Origin: Pirellulales bacterium
Lineage (GTDB): Bacteria > Planctomycetota > Planctomycetia > Pirellulales > PALSA-1355
Direction: 5' to 3'
Assembly (NCBI GenBank): GCA_963733035.1
Contig: CAVTBU010000005.1
Location: 576,001-640,000, forward strand
Length of the DNA stretch: 64,000 bases
Part shown: piece after piece, positions 60,825 through 64,000 of the stretch
Layout of the letters: every line of letters starts with the position of its first letter
Position numbering within the stretch: position 1 is the stretch's first letter
The notes under the pieces: generated by a model
The model's input: only the letters and a program-made list of their open reading frames with translations
Told to the model about the DNA's origin: nothing
Database searches by the model: none
Program-made: the position numbers and the translations under genes

Positions 60825-61943
60825 CTAAACCAGCCGGTGCCGAAACATCCAGGTGGCTCCCGAGAGCGTGATGGTCGCGATCACGGCTAGTGGCCAATAG
60901 TCACTCACCAGATCGTGAATACCGGCTCCTTCCAGGTACGTCCGATGTGTCAGATCGATGGCATATCGTAATGGATTGATAAGCGTGAACGTTTGCAAAA
61001 GTTTGGGCATCGAACTTATTGGCGTGGTAAAGCCCGAGAGCAGCGTGAACGGCAGCACCAACACGAACGTGAATAGCAGTGCCTGTTGCATCGTGGCCAC
61101 GACCGATGAAATCAGAAGGCCGATGCCGACCGCCGCCAATAGGAACAGAGTAAATCCGACATAGAGCGTCGCGAAGGATCCTGCAAACGGAATGTGAAAC
61201 CAAAGCTGAGCCACAAGCAGGATTGTAGTGGCTTGCACCATGCCAATTAGAATCGACGGCAATGCCTTGCCGGCCAGCAATTCAAAGGGTCGAATAGGTG
61301 TGACCAGTGTTTGGTCGAAAGTGCCATTCTCCCGTTCGCGGGCCACCGACAATGCCGTCAGCAAAAGAGTCTGCAGCATCGTCAGCGTGCCAATCATGGC
61401 GGGCACCATGTTCCAGCGAGTCTCCAGATTTGGATTGTACCAGGCTCGCATTTCCACTTGAACGGGCATAGCGGGCAAGCCATGTGTGCTTCTCCAGTCC
61501 GAGTTGAAACCCTGCACGATGGCGTCAACGTAGCTAAGGGCAGTGCCAGCGGTATTTGAGTTGCGACCATCGGCAATGACCTGCACGTCAGACATTTCAC
61601 CGAGCTGCAGTCGACGCTCGAAATCGGCGTCGATCTGAAAGACGAGGAGCGCTTTTCGCTGATCGATATAACGCTGGATGTCGGCCGCCTGCTCCAGATC
61701 GGCCACGCGGCGAAAGATCTGCGATCCGTCGAGCCGCGCCAGCAATTCCTGTGACGCTGGGCTGCGATCCCGGTCGAGCACGGCATAGGGAACATGGCTC
61801 AGGTTAAAGGTCGCGGCATAGCCGAACACCAGGCATTGCATCATCGGTGGCACAAATAGCGTAAAGCGTCCGCGGGGATCCTTGACATTGGTTAGTAATT
61901 CCTTGAGCGTAAGCGACAGCACCCGGGCGAGAGATTCGAACAT
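60825..61943 (-). CDS. ABC-2 transporter permease (YbhR-like)
   Basis: VFGYAA, DGRNSNTA, WYNPNL, LSVARERENGTFDQ and LLSGFTTPI. Confidence 0.9.
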   Translation of the reverse strand: MFESLARVLSLTLKELLTNVKDPRGRFTLFVPPMMQCLVFGYAATFNLSHVPYAVLDRDRSPASQELLARLDGSQIFRRVADLEQAADIQRYIDQRKALLVFQIDADFERRLQLGEMSDVQVIADGRNSNTAGTALSYVDAIVQGFNSDWRSTHGLPAMPVQVEMRAWYNPNLETRWNMVPAMIGTLTMLQTLLLTALSVARERENGTFDQTLVTPIRPFELLAGKALPSILIGMVQATTILLVAQLWFHIPFAGSFATLYVGFTLFLLAAVGIGLLISSVVATMQQALLFTFVLVLPFTLLSGFTTPISSMPKLLQTFTLINPLRYAIDLTHRTYLEGAGIHDLVSDYWPLAVIATITLSGATWMFRHRLV

Positions 61944-61954
61944 GCAACGATCCT

Positions 61955-64000
61955 CTAGGTCAGTTTCTTTTGCGTCACCAACCGCACGACCGTAAGCAAT
62001 ACCACAGCTATCAGCGCCAGAACCAGGAGGCTGGGTAAGATAACCTGCCAAACGTTCCCGGCCAGAAAGACGGTTTGCAGCACCGCTACGAAATATCGAG
62101 CCGGCACGATGTACGTAATCGCTTGCACGAAGGCGGGCATGTTTCGCAAATCGAACAGAAATCCTGAGAGCATCAGCGCTGGGAGAAACGTGATCAAAAT
62201 CGTGATCTGACTAGCGACGAACTGGCTCTTGACCGCCGTTGAAATCAGTAGCCCCAGGGCTAAGGCCACGACGAGATACAACATTGAACTAGCCGTTAAC
62301 AGCCAAATCGACCCACGCAACGGTACATGAAACAAGAACTTGGCAGTTACGACGCACAAGACGAGGCCGATCATTCCCAAACCGAAGTTAGGAATCGTCT
62401 TGCCCAACAGGATCTCGCCTGCTCGCACGGGAGTCACGAACAAAGCCTCCAGCGTGCCGCGTTCCCACTCGCGGGCCATCACCAATGTGGTCAGGAAGGA
62501 GCCGATCAGCGTCATAATTAGCACGATGAGGCCGGGCACGAGGAAATAGCGACTCTCGTTGGCCGCGTTGAACCAGAGTCGGTCGGCAACGGCAACCGGT
62601 CCTGCGACCGTGACTTGGCCCTGGGCACCGCGACGGGCCGACCAGCGCCCCACCGCCCCCTGAGCGTAGGCCTGGATGATGCGCGCTCGATTGGCGTCGG
62701 TTCCCTGAACCAGAATCTGCACCTTGGCATCACCGAGGCTCAAATCGCGGCCGAAGTCCGACTGGATGCGCACGATCGCATCCACTTTCCGCGCCCGCAT
62801 CATTCGCCTTGCCTCGGGCATGGCCGTCGTGGTTACCGGCTCAAAATATGGCGATAACTCAAATCCAGCCGCTAAGTCGATGGCATCTGGCGAGGGCTCC
62901 TCCATCACCACTGCCAGCGGAATGTTCCTGACGTCGAGCGACAGTCCATAGCCGAAGAGTAAGATCAGGATTACTGGCAACACAATGCCGATCGCAATGC
63001 TACTGGCGTCGCGCACCATTTGTCGCGATTCCTTTTTAACCAGTGCCCAAACGCGGCGGCCCTTGGGACGCATCCAGTCGGGATGCGAACCGAAGTCAAC
63101 CGGTAGCGGTGTTTTGGCTTGCTTCAACTGTTCTTCATTACCGTTCGACGAACCGCGACGCGCTTTTTCGACAATCGCGATGAACGCGTCCTCCATCGTC
63201 GACTCGCTGTTGATCGACCTTTCAGCCTGCGATCTCAACTCTCCGGGCGTGCCCTGCGCTAGGATTCTACCGGCATCAAGAATTGCCACGCGATCGCAGT
63301 ACTCGGCCTCTTCCATAAAGTGTGTGGTGACGATGACCGTCACGCCCTGCGCAGCCAACGCCGTAATCCTCTGCCAGAATTCGCGCCGCGCTAGCGGGTC
63401 TACGCCGCTTGTAGGTTCATCGAGAAATAAAATCGCTGGTTCATGTACCAATGCCACGGCCATCGCCAGGCGCTGTTTGTAACCGCCCGGAAGTTGACCG
63501 CTCGGAAGATTTGCAAACGGCTGAAGCTCAAATTGTTCCAACGCCCAGTGAACTCGCTGACGACGCTGTTGTCCGCGGAGACCATAGGCCCCACAGAAGA
63601 ACTCCAGATTCTCGACAACGGTCAACTGCGCATAGAGCGAGAACTTTTGGGCAACGTAACCGATTCGTTGGCGCGCCGAAGCCCGCGCCAATCTCAAGTC
63701 GACGCCAGCGACTCGCAACGTTCCGCTCGTTGCCGGCAACAGACCACAGAGCATTCGAAAGGTAGTCGTCTTGCCCGCACCGTTTGGTCCCAACAACCCA
63801 TACACTTCGCCCTGCCGCACTTCGAAGCTGAGATGATCGACGGCCGTAAAATTACCAAACTGCCGAACCAGATCATGCACCTCGACAACGGCGCCGTTCT
63901 CCAAGTTCTGGGGTGGCCGGGCAAGTTGCAATTCGTGCCCCGCTGTCGCGGCTGCGGTAGACGTGTGCAGCAATATCATGAAACCGTCTTCAAACTTCGG
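61955..64000 (-). CDS. ABC ATPase fused to a YbhS-like permease (YbhF-YbhS/RbbA architecture; 5' end beyond the window)
   Basis: The frame is open to the window edge (PKFEDGF, the end of a first ABC domain); GPNGAGKTT, LPGGYKQRL, FLDEPTSG, then LFGYG and AREWERGT. Confidence 0.88.
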   Translation of the reverse strand, partial: PKFEDGFMILLHTSTAAATAGHELQLARPPQNLENGAVVEVHDLVRQFGNFTAVDHLSFEVRQGEVYGLLGPNGAGKTTTFRMLCGLLPATSGTLRVAGVDLRLARASARQRIGYVAQKFSLYAQLTVVENLEFFCGAYGLRGQQRRQRVHWALEQFELQPFANLPSGQLPGGYKQRLAMAVALVHEPAILFLDEPTSGVDPLARREFWQRITALAAQGVTVIVTTHFMEEAEYCDRVAILDAGRILAQGTPGELRSQAERSINSESTMEDAFIAIVEKARRGSSNGNEEQLKQAKTPLPVDFGSHPDWMRPKGRRVWALVKKESRQMVRDASSIAIGIVLPVILILLFGYGLSLDVRNIPLAVVMEEPSPDAIDLAAGFELSPYFEPVTTTAMPEARRMMRARKVDAIVRIQSDFGRDLSLGDAKVQILVQGTDANRARIIQAYAQGAVGRWSARRGAQGQVTVAGPVAVADRLWFNAANESRYFLVPGLIVLIMTLIGSFLTTLVMAREWERGTLEALFVTPVRAGEILLGKTIPNFGLGMIGLVLCVVTAKFLFHVPLRGSIWLLTASSMLYLVVALALGLLISTAVKSQFVASQITILITFLPALMLSGFLFDLRNMPAFVQAITYIVPARYFVAVLQTVFLAGNVWQVILPSLLVLALIAVVLLTVVRLVTQKKLT

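Overview
This is a GC-rich bacterial chromosome segment, most likely from a planctomycete (Pirellulales-like). The assignment rests on a DUF1559 prepilin, a planctomycete-type 'ExLEsRxxL' extracellular motif, three sulfatases, DUF1080 and a CitG-like gene of the C1 type. It holds about 50 protein genes, rnpB and tRNA-Val(TAC). I saw no integrase, transposase, prophage or CRISPR array. Modules in order: (1) CzcC/TolC, rnpB and an orphan RHH protein; (2) a membrane Ser/Thr kinase; (3) a CydA-like membrane protein coupled to an aldose epimerase; (4) a basic tandem-domain DNA-binding candidate; (5) a copper operon (TolC, two-domain multicopper oxidase, DUF4396); (6) ACT, Zn-ribbon and HD genes followed by a ~390-nt structured intergenic region; (7) ppk1; (8) an OleB-like, CitG-like, PTPS-I/III, DUF1080 run; (9) a sialidase/sulfatase/PhoD glycan locus; (10) a G8 beta-helix protein; (11) a minimal T2SS/T4P-like cassette with three GspF/PilC units in two genes; (12) a pentaheme cytochrome with Tat-DUF362; (13) a YbhFSR/RbbA-type ABC system. 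About 11-12 otherwise intact genes carry one 1-2 nt frameshift, nearly all at GCGC. This suggests systematic sequencing error, possibly linked to methylation, rather than decay. All calls come from reading motifs by eye; no database searches were run.
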